A stretch of DNA of 64,000 nucleotides. It comes from Toensbergia leucococca (Eukaryota). Position 1 is the stretch's first letter; the number at the start of each line of letters is the position of its first letter. The notes below the pieces were generated by a model, which was not told where the DNA came from, did not search any database, and saw nothing but the letters and a program-made list of their open reading frames with translations. The position numbers were made by a program, and so were the translations under genes. Positions 1 through 13,938 of this stretch are shown in pieces. The stretch spans positions 124,001-188,000 of the forward strand of contig JALDZS010000021.1 in the NCBI GenBank assembly GCA_022813965.1. Direction: 5' to 3'.

Positions 1-3000
1 TGCTTCGCTTCTTCTCTTTGCGGATGAGCGCGCTGGAAAACTTGATGTGGGGTTTGTCCAAAGTTGTGGATGATACCTATCGTAGCCAACCGCTCAACGG
101 GATCGTCGATGGCATCTAGATCCTTTGCGCCATGGTACGATAAATGGTGAAACACGTTTGTTGCGTCCAACGCAGCTTCGCCACGCTGCTTGTGACCAAA
201 CACCAGGTCAATCCAGTTATGCAGATGCCTACTTACATGTTCACTTTCAAGAGCCTCCCGGTGCTTAGCTATGAACACCTTTGGATCTCCTTTAGCCCAG
301 GGCGGAAGAATGACAGTGTCTATCGCCCCTCCGCTGCCTTGACGTGAACCAAAGTCATACTCGTTGGAGTTGACCAAGAATTCTGGCAAATAATAGAATT
401 CGGGGGTTAATTCTCTGACATCAGTCATATTATCACGCGAAGCCGATGACCAGGCTTTCTCGATGGAGTAAAACAACCGATCTGGATGATCAAAGCTGCC
501 TCCTTGGAGCAATAGGTACGATTGTACGAATGGCTGCAGACGAATCAAGTAAGAGGTCACTATCATTGCAGAGGAGTAGTGTGTCCCGTAGTGGAAAGGC
601 GGCGAATCTTGATCACCCATCTCCGCGAATGAATGGTAACGGTCTCTAAACTCTGCTTCTCTTTCTGGATTTTGGCAGCCCATCGGTTTTGTTAAATCTC
701 GGAAACTTTGAGGATTGGTGAGATCCATTTCCTCACTTGTATAATCTGCCAGCACCCACGGAAAAACCGGGTACTGGGTTAAGTCATTAAACGTTCGGCC
801 AGCCATAGTGTTGACAAGCATGAGATAATGGAAATTAGAAATTTCACCCTTTATCCACTTTCGAGTAGCCGGATTCGAAGAGCCATGGCCGAAGACACTC
901 GTAAACCTAGAACCCAATGACTGCGAGTTGTCTTCAGGAGTTCTCAAGAATTCAATCCTCCAGGAATCTTCACGAGTTGCGGAACGTGAGGGGTCAGATA
1001 CACTCGGAGCCTTGCTAAGGAGTTTCTGGTATAGCTGATCACGTAGCTCAGGTGTGCCAGTCGTCAGCAGATAACTACGTCCATCAATGAAGAAAATCTC
1101 GAGGGCTACATCTCGAAACAAGAAGCGGCGCTTCGAGATACTGAGGACATCGTCCCAACGCCAACTCCGAGTCTCATGATCTGTATTCGGAGGTTTACCT
1201 CCACGCTCCCCTGCTTCTCGTCCAGAAATTAGCTGAAGGTAAGAGTCACGCTCTTCCTGCGGAGCTTGCCAAACATTGACAATTTCACCATCGGACCGTT
1301 GAAACAGATTATCAAGAAGGTACAGAGAGATCTTGCCGAGTATAAGCAAGCCTTCACAAGCCTCTAGCCCAACGATGCGAGACACGTTATGCACATGTTC
1401 GACCTGGTCTCCTCGCTGAAGACTTCTCATAACTTTGCGATTCTTGTCTTCGTAATCCTCGGCCTCTTCCCGAGGATCGTCAACCATTTCAAAGTCATCC
1501 TCTTGCTCTGGTGTCTCGTCTAGCAATCTTGTAGATTGGGGGAGGTCGGAGAGGGGTCCCTCCAGTGTATCTGCATGCTCGCCTTTATCGTTCAAGGAAT
1601 CGGCGCCAAGAGAGCTGGCTTCTGCAGACACTCTTTTCCGAACTCTAAGACTGTTCCGTGTCTTGGATAGACCCTGTATTTGCTTACCTTTCGGCTGGTA
1701 ATCATGTAGGTGTGCGTCTTTGTCGGCAACGAATCGAAGCCTCATTCTATTCCGCCCTTCGGTCTGGTCAAGTTGCCATTTTGTAACACTCAGATCGTCG
1801 AAGAGACCACATGGCCGGTGAAGTTCTCTACTCATCTTGGTCCATGTTGAGTTGTTGAAAATTTGATTATCTTGGTGATCTTGAGTTGCTCGCTGGCGTT
1901 TGAGGTACTCTGAAGCATATATATTCGATCCCCAATGTTCGGAACTAATTTCATGCCGCCGAAGGACATCTTCCTTGGTAAGATGTTCAGTCTGCCAGAC
2001 CTTTAATTTATCTCTCCTCTTAACAATTCTGGCCTTGGCAGTCTCTTCGGTGCGGCGGTTCTCTTCTGCGACAAATACTTCCCACGCTTTTGACATTGAT
2101 CCAAAAAAGATTTCATCAAGTCTTTCTCGGTGATCATCAACCCATGCAAGGAAGGTTTCATTATCCAGTTCTATGAGCTTTTTGAAACCATCAAATAGAT
2201 AGTCATCCTTTCCTGTCATTGCCTGGTGGAAAGTGTCAAAGGTTGAGTTAGGCTCTTGTACCAGTATCATCCGCCAAAGATTGATGGTGGCCGTTCTTAC
2301 TCGTTCATCGGTGCTAATCACCTTGGTGTACAACAGATAAAAAAACAGTTTAGAAAACTCTTCTTGTTTCTCTTCTGTGGTGATCAACACAGTCTGCCAG
2401 TATACAAGTTTGTCCAAGAAAGCCAATAGTTCTACTGTCGAGATAGACTCGTTAAGTTCTGACAACCTTAAAAGGATAACTCTCAGAACCACCGTTCGCA
2501 CGGTAGAGATGATCTGACTGCAAAGCCTAGTACTCTTAAGGGCTGATATATCAGGTCGTCGAAGGTATTCGAGGATGTCACCAAGGAAATCGAGTACAGG
2601 TCCGGCACCATCAATGAACCATCCTTCATAGACAGCTTCTCTGAGATGTGTAGCGAATCGAGCCAGATTCGTCAAGACTCTTGGTTCCCATAATAATTTC
2701 CGATTCAGTCGAATTGTGTTTCCAAGATGGGAAAGGGTATTCCGGAGGAGGAATGATTCAAAATATGCTTGATGTTCCTGAAAGCCGGGTGGAACTTTCA
2801 TAAATAGCCCCAGACCTGCGAAGTCTTTCCTAACAAATATTTGATCGGAAAATACCGCAATTACTATCTCAAGGAGCTCCTCCACAATCGAGTTGCTGGC
2901 GCTTAACCCTACCTTAGCCTTCTGACTGGGTGATACAGCAGGTTGAAGCTTTGCTGGGGATGGTCCATGCTGCGACTCTTCTGAAGTTATAAGAATGTAA

Positions 3001-6000
3001 GATGACATACGCCGAGGTGGTTGTGCCCTGGTAGGCAATAATCTTTGGGGATTCTCAGATGATGCTGTTCGCACTACAGGTGCAGCCTTCATGGAAACCT
3101 GTGATAACGGTCTTATGACAACGTCGGTACCATTGAATGTTAAAGCAGAGTCACGAGAATTCAATTCTGTAGTAGGACTAACAGGATCAGGGCTTACGAC
3201 AACGGAAAAAAGTACGAAGAGCAATTCTTGAACATAGGTTGAATTCAATGTAAAGTCGCGGAACGCTGGAATTTTAGTATGGATATCTGCAAGAAAACGA
3301 GTTACTGTTTGAAGAATTGTCGGTGATACGTCAAACCACTGCTTGTGAGACTGTACGGCGCCTGGCTAAAGATTAGTTCAGATATTCCCCGAGATATCAC
3401 GAGTATATACCTGAAGGCGAAAGCTCGGTATTTAAGGAGGCTGATCGAGATCGTGCAGATGCCAGCTTTTGAGGATTCGTAGTTGGTGATGCCGCACTAC
3501 CATTGCACCTCTCAGCCAAGGGCGAATCTGAGACTCTTTGACCTATGCCAACTGTTTCGAGGCCGTTGTGTAGCATGGCGGTAAGTACAGGTAGAATTTC
3601 TGGATACGTGATTTTGATTTTGCCGTCAGGAGCAAAGCTCTCCAGTAGACTGAACAAATTGAAATGTCTGTCGAAATCGATGAGCGCCACATCTTGGCCG
3701 AACATGATCGCGAAGCATATTCGCCAAATAGTCGGAACGTTCCACCAGCGCTTCAACCGATGTTGCATGATTGTGACTCCTCCAGTTTTTTCTACAAATT
3801 TTTTCATATAACTTGATCCATTGACAACGATGAGGCGCGCCAAGATCTTAGTTGCTAAAATGACCACAGCTGGTTCGTCGGCCGTGATGAGATGAAGGAG
3901 CCACTGCTGACCGTCAGCAACGCCATCGAACGGTACCGATAACGACCCGCCTTGTTTGTAACCGTTCTCGCGAACTTCTTAATATTTGTGTTATCATTTC
4001 TTTGACAAAGCATCTCCGCATACATCTCTAGAATCTTTGTTCCCGTTTGCAATTGAGTCAGTTGATGGCTTGCTATGCCTTCACGAACAGGAGTGTTGGG
4101 CGAAGAACTCAATAACGTTGCCCTTCGGGGTACAGTGTCCAGGTTATGCTTCGACCGTCGCATTGACTGTGGTAGCTGTAGTGTTCTCTGCCTAGGCTTA
4201 TGACATGCATAGGTTATATAAAGCGCCAAAGAACGTAGTGCCTCCGCAGAGAGGTTCCTGGTCAGGAGAGACCTGAAAGCTTCCATGAAGTAGTCGAAGG
4301 TCTCAGAAAGGAACGATTCACCCTTTAACGCGTCTAACCACTTCTTAACAATGCCTGAAGAGATAATTTAGCCCAGTGATGACTGTATCGAGACATGAAA
4401 ATACTCACGCATGCGTAATAGACGTTTGGTATTAAAATGATGATATTTACTGCTGACACCAAGGACTGTGAACTGCTGGTAATACAATTCCTGCACTGGT
4501 GCTGCGGCATTACGCCACACATCAAGATCAACGAGCAAAACACGGTAAGCCAGCGGATTGTTAATGACAGAATCCTCGGGGGTCTGGCTTCGATATCCAA
4601 CGAATTTGAGCACTAGCTTCAAGGCCTCAAGGGCAAGGGTATCAGGGTTTGCTTTGTCTCCAAGGCTTATGCTTAGAGGCCCAGAACGTTCGATAGCTTT
4701 GGCAAGCAGACTGGCTAATACTCCAAATCCATTTTCCCTTTCCATCGCCTCACTATTGCGCCAACTCTCCTCGACAGTCTCAAAGAGTGTTTTCAACGCC
4801 CGAATGACCGCATCCTGGGTTCGAGCGGTCTCAAGAAGAGCTAGACCAACAGCAGCACATCCTCCAATTCGCCATGCGGCATCATCCAGTAGCTGCGGCA
4901 CGATAACAGCTGGATCGCCGGTGAGCACAGCAAACCCAAATGAATGAAGGAGAGCCTCGTTGACTGAAGGGACAGCGCCATTGATTGCGACGGCATTACG
5001 ACCGCCTCGTGTAACATTTCGTAAGTTCTTGATTGCCAGCTTTGACAAGGATTTGACAAGCTGCGTCTCATCGGCCTTATTCCACTCATCATCATACAGT
5101 ACAGCCACTGGCGATATGTTAAGTAAAACTTTCGACTCTGGGAGCAGATCACTAGCTTTTGAGCGGATAGCGGAGACGATGTCGGACCTTTCTTCCTTGC
5201 CAGGATGTAGACTTTCATTCCGAAGGTTGAGAGTAGCAGATGCCGAATATGTTTGGAAGGAGCCTAGACAGTCTTGATAATTACCGTTGTATTTAGGTCC
5301 AAGCTGATTGTACACGGCAATGAGATCATCACTCAACGTGTCTGCGAAGAGTTGAGCTGATGCTAATCTCCACTGCGAAGAGACTAATCCTTTACCGAGG
5401 CGGGAGGCAAGATCCTGTGGCGTACCCAGAAAAGCCTGGACAGGATTACTTTTGTAGCTTGACGAGACAGAGCCAGTGCTTTCCGAAGGTGTTCCAACTG
5501 GAGGAGGGGCAAGAGGGTAATGCGATTTGACTTGCTCAATGAACTCGCCATCGATGAACAGCGAGGCTCTGGAAGACATTGTTGCTTTCTGGCGTCGGTG
5601 TACAAGGCAAACATGATACCAACGATTTTCCTGAAATACTATTGATTTGAAGCGAACACTAGGTCTTGTCGAAGAAATGCTGGTCTGCAGTATTAAGTGG
5701 CGAGTTTCCTTTTCTAGATATACCAAGACAAAACATGTCTGACTTGAATCAAAAGCACCAAAGAGTGTGGTGTGCGAGTTGGGATCGAATTTGACAATAT
5801 GTAGCCATATCGTGAAAGTGTACCCAGCGCTTGAAGATAGTGGAGGAAACGATCGCCCAATATTTGGTAATTCGACTGACGCAAAGCCATGCAAAGAAAG
5901 ATCGAAATGTATGTATGGGGGTGAATGAGACTCTTGCAAGGCTAGGAGGAGAAAGTCGGCTATCAAAGGCGAAGAGCTTGCCTTACGATACAAGAAGTAC

Positions 6001-7001
6001 GCATCATTCAAATCGTGAATACCCAGTTTTAGGAGGAGAATGGCCAAGCTACGAAGCTCGGAGATGTGAGTCTTGCTCAAAGTTGGATTGAGGAGATAAG
6101 TAAGTAGGGTACTGAGTACTCCAGCAGCATGCATAGCCAACAAACAGTGGGTAGACAGAGCAGCAAGACAGCTGACCACCTTTGGTATTGCTAGAGAGAC
6201 GACATCATTAGAATGACCAACCGCGTGAGAAGTCTCTTCGAGTTGACCCCAAAGCTCGAGCATGACAGGAATTATCTCTGGATTGTGCAGAAAGGCTGAA
6301 GGCCCCAGCTCTTTATGCAAGGATTCTTGAATGATGATTATTGTTTCGAGATCCGTCTTTTCCGAGTTGAGTACTTCATCTGTTTGTGGACTGGTGAGTC
6401 CTTGCTGATCCTGGCAGCACAATTCTCTTCTTAGTCTTCCAAAAAAACCAACCATCGTTTCGTCGTTGACGGCGCATGCTAGCAAGCATCCAAACAGTGT
6501 CTCTGTTGGCACTCTATCCTTACGTCGCCCCTCTTGGCGAGCGAGAAGAAGGATTTCCATTAATAGCCTCTTTATTGCCTCCCACCCCCCTCCATCAACC
6601 CGCGTCCTGAAGTATTTCTGGTTGCCAGTGTGATGTTGTAGAGCAGCAGCTAGCAGACCGAACATGATCTGTGCTAAGTCAAATAAAGCTTGGTCCTTCT
6701 CCGTCGCCTTACCATTTAGGCCATACTGCTGAGAAATACTCCGTAGAGCTAATACAAGGGCCTGGAAGCCATTAAGACGGCGAAAGGCATCTTTGATCTC
6801 ATTGGGGGTAGAGCTTTCGAGCAACGCCCGACGGATACAGTGCGCAGCTTGTATCTTGATATGAAGATTTTGAAGCCCGTCACGTTCACCAATGTCCGGT
6901 AAAGCATCGGTCAGTGTCTTCAGGTGGCCCTGAAGATCAGTCCAGCCAGATTCGGCGCTTTTCAGCGTGGACGCTCGACGTCTTGGGACCGAGGCCGACA
7001 T
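1..7001 (-). CDS. BPH1: Beige/BEACH domain protein (Bph1-like), multi-exon, 3' end beyond window start
   Basis: ORFs 4368..7016, 3855..4286 and 3397..3867 plus an open minus-strand frame to base 1 with BEACH motifs WIKGEISNFHYLMLVNTMAGRTFNDLTQYPVFPWVLADY, PPFHYGTHYSSA, DVRELTPEFYYLPEFL, WIDLVFG; ConA-like segment (RWYHVCLVH); first ATG at 7001 (MSASVPRRR). Confidence 0.93.
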
Positions 7002-7598
7002 GACAATAATAAACACTTACCCGCGGCGTTTCAGGGATTCATCATTGTGTCTCGGAATGACATGGTTTCGCGCACTCAGTGCATGTAGTACGATGGTCTT
7101 GTGCCGCCGCTGGTACCCGTCATGAGATGTTTGCAATGCGGAATGGCATACTGCCAGTGAATGAAAGAAGCAAATCCGGAATCATTGCATAAAATTCCAC
7201 TGAAAAACACTAGAGTTCACAAAGACGACAAATTGTCAGTCCTTGACCACGAAGGAATAAATACCTATCCAGTCATCGCTACCTACACTACCGAGCCTCG
7301 AGCCTACCTTAACTCAAAGAGTTCCCCACTCAAAGATTAATTACCAAAATTACTGATGACATAATCTAGCTGCGTAATTCTCACAGCCTCCAGTCATTAG
7401 GTATGACGCTTGTTGCCTGATCGATCAGATCACAAGCTCGCTCCTCTTGGACCTTATCATCATCCACCTACCTGCTATCTTGGCTGCGCTCTCCATATCT
7501 CCAACAATCCTACTCGTCGTACTTCTCTCTCATCATTCTTTCTTAGAGTTATATGGGCTGTCATCATTAAGCTTTACAAGATTATTGTCGGTCTCATC

Positions 7599-9273
7599 AT
7601 GAAGGGACTCTTCACCCTTTCGCTCCTGCCACTGTTTGTAACAGCGTCTCCAATCATCGGCATCGACACTATCCACAGCGAAGCTGCCCCGTTACTCTCC
7701 TCACTACAAGCGAAAGAGATCCCCGACTCGTATATTGTCGTTTTCAAGAAAGACGTTACCCACTCATCCGCAGCTGTCCATCATGATTGGGTCCAGAATC
7801 TGCATCTCGAGACCCAGAACTCAAGGACTGAGCTCCGAAAGAGGTCTCAAATCCCCATGTCTACCGACTTATACGACGGATTGAAGCACACCTATAACAT
7901 TGCCGGAACATTCCTTGGATATTCGGGGCATTTCGATGAGGATGTAATTGAACAGGTCCGAAGGCACCCAGATGTAAGTACCCGGAATCGTACCATCGTT
8001 TATCTCTTCGAAAGAGAGACACCTGACATGACCTCATGCCCTGGACTATGAGCTACAAAGGATAAACATGGAACTGACTAAGATTTGTGGTGTTTAGGTC
8101 GCATTTATCGAAAAGGATTCTGAGGTTCATACCATGGGCACTGGCGAGCTTGAGCAGAACGCTCCTTGGGGGCTCGCGAGAATATCGCATCGGAGTAGCC
8201 TGAGTTTCGGAACATTCAACAAATACCTATATTCCGCCGATGGTGGTGAGGGCGTTGATGTGTACGTTATCGACACCGGTACCAACGTAGATCACGTTGA
8301 CTTTGAAGGGCGGGCTAACTGGGGCAAAACCATCCCCGCCAATGATGAGGATGTTGATGGCAACGGTCATGGGACTCATTGCTCTGGTACCATAGCTGGA
8401 AAGAAGTATGGTGTGGCCAAAAAGGCCAACATCTATGCCGTCAAAGTACTCAAATCCAACGGATCGGGTAGTATATCAGATGTCGTGAAGGGCGTTGAGT
8501 GGGCCGCAAACAGCCACTCCAAGAAAATGGCGGAGGCTAAGAAAGGTAAGAAGAGTGTCAAGGGAAGCGCTGCCAACATGAGTCTTGGCGGTGGAAAATC
8601 ACCCACCCTCGACCTTGCTGTTAATGGTGCTGTCGACGCCGGTATCCACTTCGCAGTCGCTGCCGGGAACGACAATGCCGATTCTTGCAATTACTCACCT
8701 GCCTCGGCTGCCAAGGCTGTGACTGTGGGCGCATCCACTCTCCTCGACCAGCGTGCTTATTTCTCGAACTATGGCAAGTGCAACGATATCTTTGCTCCTG
8801 GTCTCAATGTTCTATCTACGTGGATTGGCAGCAAATACGCTACCAACACTATCTCTGGTACATCAATGGCATCGCCACACATTGCAGGACTTTTAGCCTA
8901 TTTTCTCTCATTACAGCCATCTACGGAATCTGCATTCGCTGTCGCTGAAATTACTCCAAAGCAGCTCAAGGAGAACCTTATCGCGATTGCCACAGAAGGC
9001 AGCCTGAGCGACGTACCATCGAACACCAAGAATGTAAGTTGAATAGATCGTGCTACAGACTTTAGATATTCACAAGACTAAAGCTAATTGATATTTTAGA
9101 TCTTGGCGTGGAATGGCGGCGGGTCGTCCAATTATACAGAAATTATGAACGATGGCAAGAGCTCCAAGAAGATTGCAACCCAGAAAGTGGTAGCTCAGAT
9201 CGAAGACTTCGTCGAAGCGGAAGTCGAGGAGTTCAAGAGCTTCTTCGACGAGCTAAAGAAGTCAGTCGAGTAG
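7599..9273 (+). CDS. PRB1: Vacuolar subtilisin-like serine protease (Prb1/PepC type), 3 exons
   Basis: Signal peptide MKGLFTLSLLPLFVTA, I9 propeptide (YIVVFK...GYSGHF), catalytic motifs VIDTG, GHGTHCSGTI, SGTSMASPHIAG; introns near 7974-8097 and 9034-9099; last exon ILAWNGGGSSNY ends TAG 9271-9273. Confidence 0.95.
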
Positions 9274-9772
9274 GACGCCATGATTGTTCCAATGAAATCA
9301 ACAGAGCCTTAGCGATGATCGAAGCCATTTCCTTACACCTTGCGAGTTGGTTCATATCAGGAGTCTGTAGAACTTGTCGGACAGGAGAGAGTGTTGCATG
9401 GTTAAGGTGTTTCCTATTGTGTTTTCCCACCCTATGCAATGCCCAATGAATTTAGAGTGTATGGTTGTGTAGAAGCGAGTCTGAATTCATTAAATTTTAA
9501 TTTAGTTAACCAGTGACCAGGACGTCTTAACAATCAACTGAATTTTATGTAAATTATATTCGCATTCATGTATATGAACTCTCACTCTGTTTATGGGACA
9601 GCGACAGATCATTGAGGTACACACCCGAAACTTTCGTATGACGTAACGACAATGGGCAGGTTTTATTCTGCAAACCATTACTGTGTAAACGCGACCGGTC
9701 ATCAGTGCTAACAGAGTGGTTGACTGAGTTTTCTCGATTCACGAAGACGGCATATTGTCGCGTACAGCCAAC

Positions 9773-11996
9773 ATGCCTACTCCAGGATATGTTTTCAAGG
9801 ACGGAGGTCCAATCCCAGACTCAGATCTGAAAAACAATTCATCTGCGTCAGTAGAGCATGGGGAAGACACACGACGCTCTTCCCCGTCAAGCAGCTTTGC
9901 CTTCAACACACCTACCTCAAGTGCCACCGCTTCAAATGCCCCTACAGAAAGCCATGCTCTAGCTAGCGCGGATCATGACGAAAAGGGAGCAGCACAGCAA
10001 GCCTTTAGCGATTCAGAAGAGGTCAAGGATCTAGGCTGGAACGACCATCCGAAGGATGTCCCATCGCCTTTGGTGGGAGGTCTTCCAAATGAAGAGCTAT
10101 GGACGCTTGTCAGACGTTTTAATAAGCAGATGTATCATGTCAAAGCTACTCCAACTACACCTCTGGGTGGTCTTGATCTTAACATTGTTGATGAAGATGA
10201 ATTCTCTCCGGATAAGCTACGGAGCAACATCGAAAGGCTTTATATGACCGTTATAATTGGCTTGATTGGTTTTGGGAAGCACATTGCACGATTACGGTCC
10301 TGGCGGGAACCCAGGCGTACGGCAGCTTTTGGTGTGGTAGGTAAAATTGGAATCATTTGCTGTCGATATGATCCTAGATTGACCTTTTTGATAGGCATAT
10401 CTGGTTGCTTGGGTTTTCAATTTGCTAATTCCGCTGCTTTTCACGACCCTTCTTATTCTAATTGCATATCCACCTTCGCGTGATGTATTATTTCCTCCTG
10501 CGCCACTAGCATTAGTGGATTCGAAGACTGGCGGAGTCCAGTCACCTAGCGCTGGTGTTCTAGGGAGTCATGATAGCTTGACAGGTGCCCCAGAAAAGCA
10601 TCAAGGAGAAGCGGTCGAACAGGAAGCTAGCAATTTTGTTTCCGGATTTGCCTCGATAGCACTGAGCAGCGCAACTGGTAAACATGAGCAAGGCGACCCG
10701 GAATCAGATCCTCTCGACAAGTCAGTTCCCGATCCAACCCGACTGGCCATGGCAGGAGCTGAGGCCAAGGGTGCAACTTCCGGTGGCTCGCCAACGTCGC
10801 ATGATAAAACCAAGCAGCCGATGGAAGATGCCATGTGGGTCAAAATGAGGCCAGTCATGCACATAATTGGCGATACTGCAGATGGCTGGGAGCGATTCGC
10901 AAAGTATGTCACCTCTAGCAGGCTTCGGAGCTCGTATCACTGACTTTCAAAGTGCTCTATCACCCACGGCTCCTTTCCCACAAGATGCTGCTCGCCTGAA
11001 GTTGGCTGCCCTTCTTGTCCCAGCTATCGCCGTAGCTATGTTGACTTCGTCTGCTATGTTTATGAAAATGAATACATTCCTCATGGGCTTGGGGTTCTTC
11101 GGCGATCCGATCATTTGGCGCGCTGCTAGCTGGCTAAATCGTGAATTTCCGCATTGGCAGAAGCTGCTGGAAATTAGAAAGTGAGTCCCTACCCCTCGCA
11201 GCTACACTTAGTTTAATTGCTAACCTGTCTCAGTACAATCCTCAAAGGCGTCCCGACAAATGCCCAGCTCACAATCACCCTCCTTCGAATCGGCGAAGTA
11301 AACAAAGCACCGCTTCCTCCACCCCCAACATCCGACGAACCCCCTCCCTCACGACCCAAATCTCTCAATGGCGATGAACTCACTTTAGACGCATCCAACT
11401 CTGAGATCCATGATGCCATCCACGCCGATCCCTCTGATACCAGCGCTGCCGATCCCCCAGAAAAGCCCAAACACCGCCATGGCGCCCACATCCTTGGCTT
11501 CCTCAAAGGCACAACTAAGACGGGGGTAGAAGCAAAGTTTGGAGTCGATAAAGTAAGAGCAAGCATAGGATCAGTCCACGCTAAAAATCATCTTGGTGTC
11601 ATCCCAAAAGAGAGCGAGTTAACTCCCTCCGGTCCCGTCGATTTTAAGGCTCGATTCAAGGGTAAGAAAGGCTGGATCTTGATTTCTACTATATCCGGGG
11701 TGCCTACCGTTTCATTTTCCAAAAACTCGAGCGATGGTACTGGCGAATTGGAGTCTGATATGAAGAAAGTAGCGTTCACTATCCCCATTGAAGATATTAC
11801 CGGATTGAAGAAGGTAGGGGGCTTGGGGTGGAAAGGGAAGTTGGTCGTTGGGTGGGCGACGGGTAAGACTGTTGCGGATGGTTTAGAAATTACGGATCGG
11901 AGTGGGGAGGCATGGAGGGTTACGGCTATTCAACTAAGAGAAGAGCTTTTCAATCGGTTGGTTGCTATGGGAGGCCAGAAGTGGGAGAGTTGGTGA
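9773..11996 (+). CDS. Conserved fungal membrane protein (DUF3292-like), multi-exon
   Basis: Four successive ORFs (9755, 10422, 10867, 11217) joined by GT..AG introns; motifs LPNEELWTLVRRFNKQ, FSPDKLRSNIERLY, LKGVPTNAQLTITLLRIGE, LREELFNRLVAMGGQKWESW. Confidence 0.8.
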
Positions 11997-12597
11997 GCGG
12001 GAGAGGTGAGATGGGTGGGTTCGGGCTGTGGAGTTTGGCGCAGTTATTGGGGCTTTTGGAGTTGTTACCGAAGTGTGCTTCACTTCACGGCTTTGACTCG
12101 ATACGATGTGCCAAGCAGCGAATTTTGTATCATTGTCTGATTCAGATGTATCAAGATAGCTTTCAATAGCTCATTTTCCCTCGCTCTATAGGTCTGTTCT
12201 TAATATTTGTCTCACCGCATTAACTTATTAACGTGCTGTTAATATAAGTAACAGAAATAGACAGGTACGTTAACTACATGGGTTGGGGTCCACAGGCCTC
12301 TGTGTCTTCCTCGTCGTCCGTCGATACGAAAATCAGGGCAAGGAAGTGCGCTAATTGCACACAACATCAGCTTGACTTTGGGGCATTCTACTCTAGTACT
12401 TCACTCGCGTCGATAAGATACTCTTTCAATACTGATCTAAAAAACGCCTGTTACAATCAGTAGGCCGTCTCTGTTGAACAGTACGAGTATTCTATTACTC
12501 GACGTCTACTGAGTAACCGCCTCAGGAAACCCTCATGAGCCCTCATGAGGTAGCTCTACTTTAGCTCAAGGATCACTTCAGCTGGCTACACTCTACC

Positions 12598-13938
12598 ATG
12601 GACACCCTCAATGCCTATGTTGTGACCTTCAATTGTGGTCGGGAGCTTATCAAACCCGAAACTTTCGCCCGCCATTTCTTCCAGGCCCTGCCAAAGGACC
12701 AGCCGCCCGATATACTCATCCTCTCCCTTCAGGAGCTCGCACCAATCGCCTACTCATTTCTTGGCGGCTCATACTTACTCCCATACTTTGCAAGACTCCG
12801 TCATGCCGTTGAAATTGCAACAAGATCTCTTGGAACTGCTATATACATCAACATCATCACAAGGAATCTCGGAATGACTGCCATCATGGCTTTCATTCGA
12901 CAGGACCTCTCTGGACGGATCAGTTGGCTGGAGACTGCCGGTGTTGGTGTAGGGGTGCACGAGATGGGAAATAAAGGCGCTGTAGGTCTGAGGCTTGGTT
13001 ATTCGATCGGGCATGAGGACATGGAGATGACATTCGTTGCTGCCCATCTGGCACCAATGGAGGACGCTGTTGAAAGGAGAAATGAAGATTTCAAGAACAT
13101 TGTTAGAGGACTGGTGTTCACGTCAACAGATGGAAAAGCCGCTCGTAGGACCATGAATCAACAAGAACGACAGGGAGTTGATGACGAAGATGAATCTTTG
13201 CTCCCTCAATCTTCTGGCGGTTTTACTACCCGGATTTCTGGTTTATACACGCCGACTTCGTATCTGGTGTTTGCTGGTGACCTCAATTACCGCACCTCAC
13301 AGACCAAACCTTCTGCACTTGATCCTCGCGCCTGGCCTCAACCGACAGATAATACCGCCGATCCGCGTCACTATTCAAATCTGCTAAGGAAGGACCAGCT
13401 TGCACGTGAGATGAAAGCGCAAAGAACATGTATCGGGCTTCAAGAAGCATCCGTTAACTTCCCACCCACCTACAAGTACTCCAACAATCAAAGAGCAGTC
13501 GCTGAAGTGGATGATGGATCGAGTTGGGGATGGGCAAAACACCGCTGGCCCAGCTGGTGCGATCGCATTTTATACCTTGACATACCCATATGGATGAAAG
13601 CTGAAAACACTTTGGCCCGAATAAATGTCCATGAATATACGGCACTTCCACTTATGTCAACGTCTGATCATCGTCCTGTTGCATTGTCCCTTTCACTACC
13701 CTTGGCAGCCATTCCTCCACCTGATGAAGAGGACACAGCGCACGATCTCAGGTTACATCCACCTTTCAACATTAATCCGAATTGGAGGAAGAGACGGGCT
13801 ATAGCTAGGAGAAGAGAAATATTCGTTGGAGTCCTAGCTTATCTGACTCTGCACTGGGAAGGTAACGGCATCATACTTGCTACAGTGTTGGGAGCTGTTG
13901 GAGGGTGGGCAATTATTAGGAGCATGCTCGAGATCTGA
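12598..13938 (+). CDS. Inositol polyphosphate 5-phosphatase (Inp54-like, C-terminal membrane anchor)
   Basis: 446-aa single ORF with TFN, SLQE, MGNKGAVG, AAHLA, FAGDLNYR, PTYKY, PSWCDRILY and SDHRPV motifs; hydrophobic C-terminus. Confidence 0.92.
   Translation: MDTLNAYVVTFNCGRELIKPETFARHFFQALPKDQPPDILILSLQELAPIAYSFLGGSYLLPYFARLRHAVEIATRSLGTAIYINIITRNLGMTAIMAFIRQDLSGRISWLETAGVGVGVHEMGNKGAVGLRLGYSIGHEDMEMTFVAAHLAPMEDAVERRNEDFKNIVRGLVFTSTDGKAARRTMNQQERQGVDDEDESLLPQSSGGFTTRISGLYTPTSYLVFAGDLNYRTSQTKPSALDPRAWPQPTDNTADPRHYSNLLRKDQLAREMKAQRTCIGLQEASVNFPPTYKYSNNQRAVAEVDDGSSWGWAKHRWPSWCDRILYLDIPIWMKAENTLARINVHEYTALPLMSTSDHRPVALSLSLPLAAIPPPDEEDTAHDLRLHPPFNINPNWRKRRAIARRREIFVGVLAYLTLHWEGNGIILATVLGAVGGWAIIRSMLEI

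Noticed and set aside
12314..12324. TCGTCCGTCGA site upstream of the inositol phosphatase
   Set aside because: Single isolated match far from the cluster, within chance expectation
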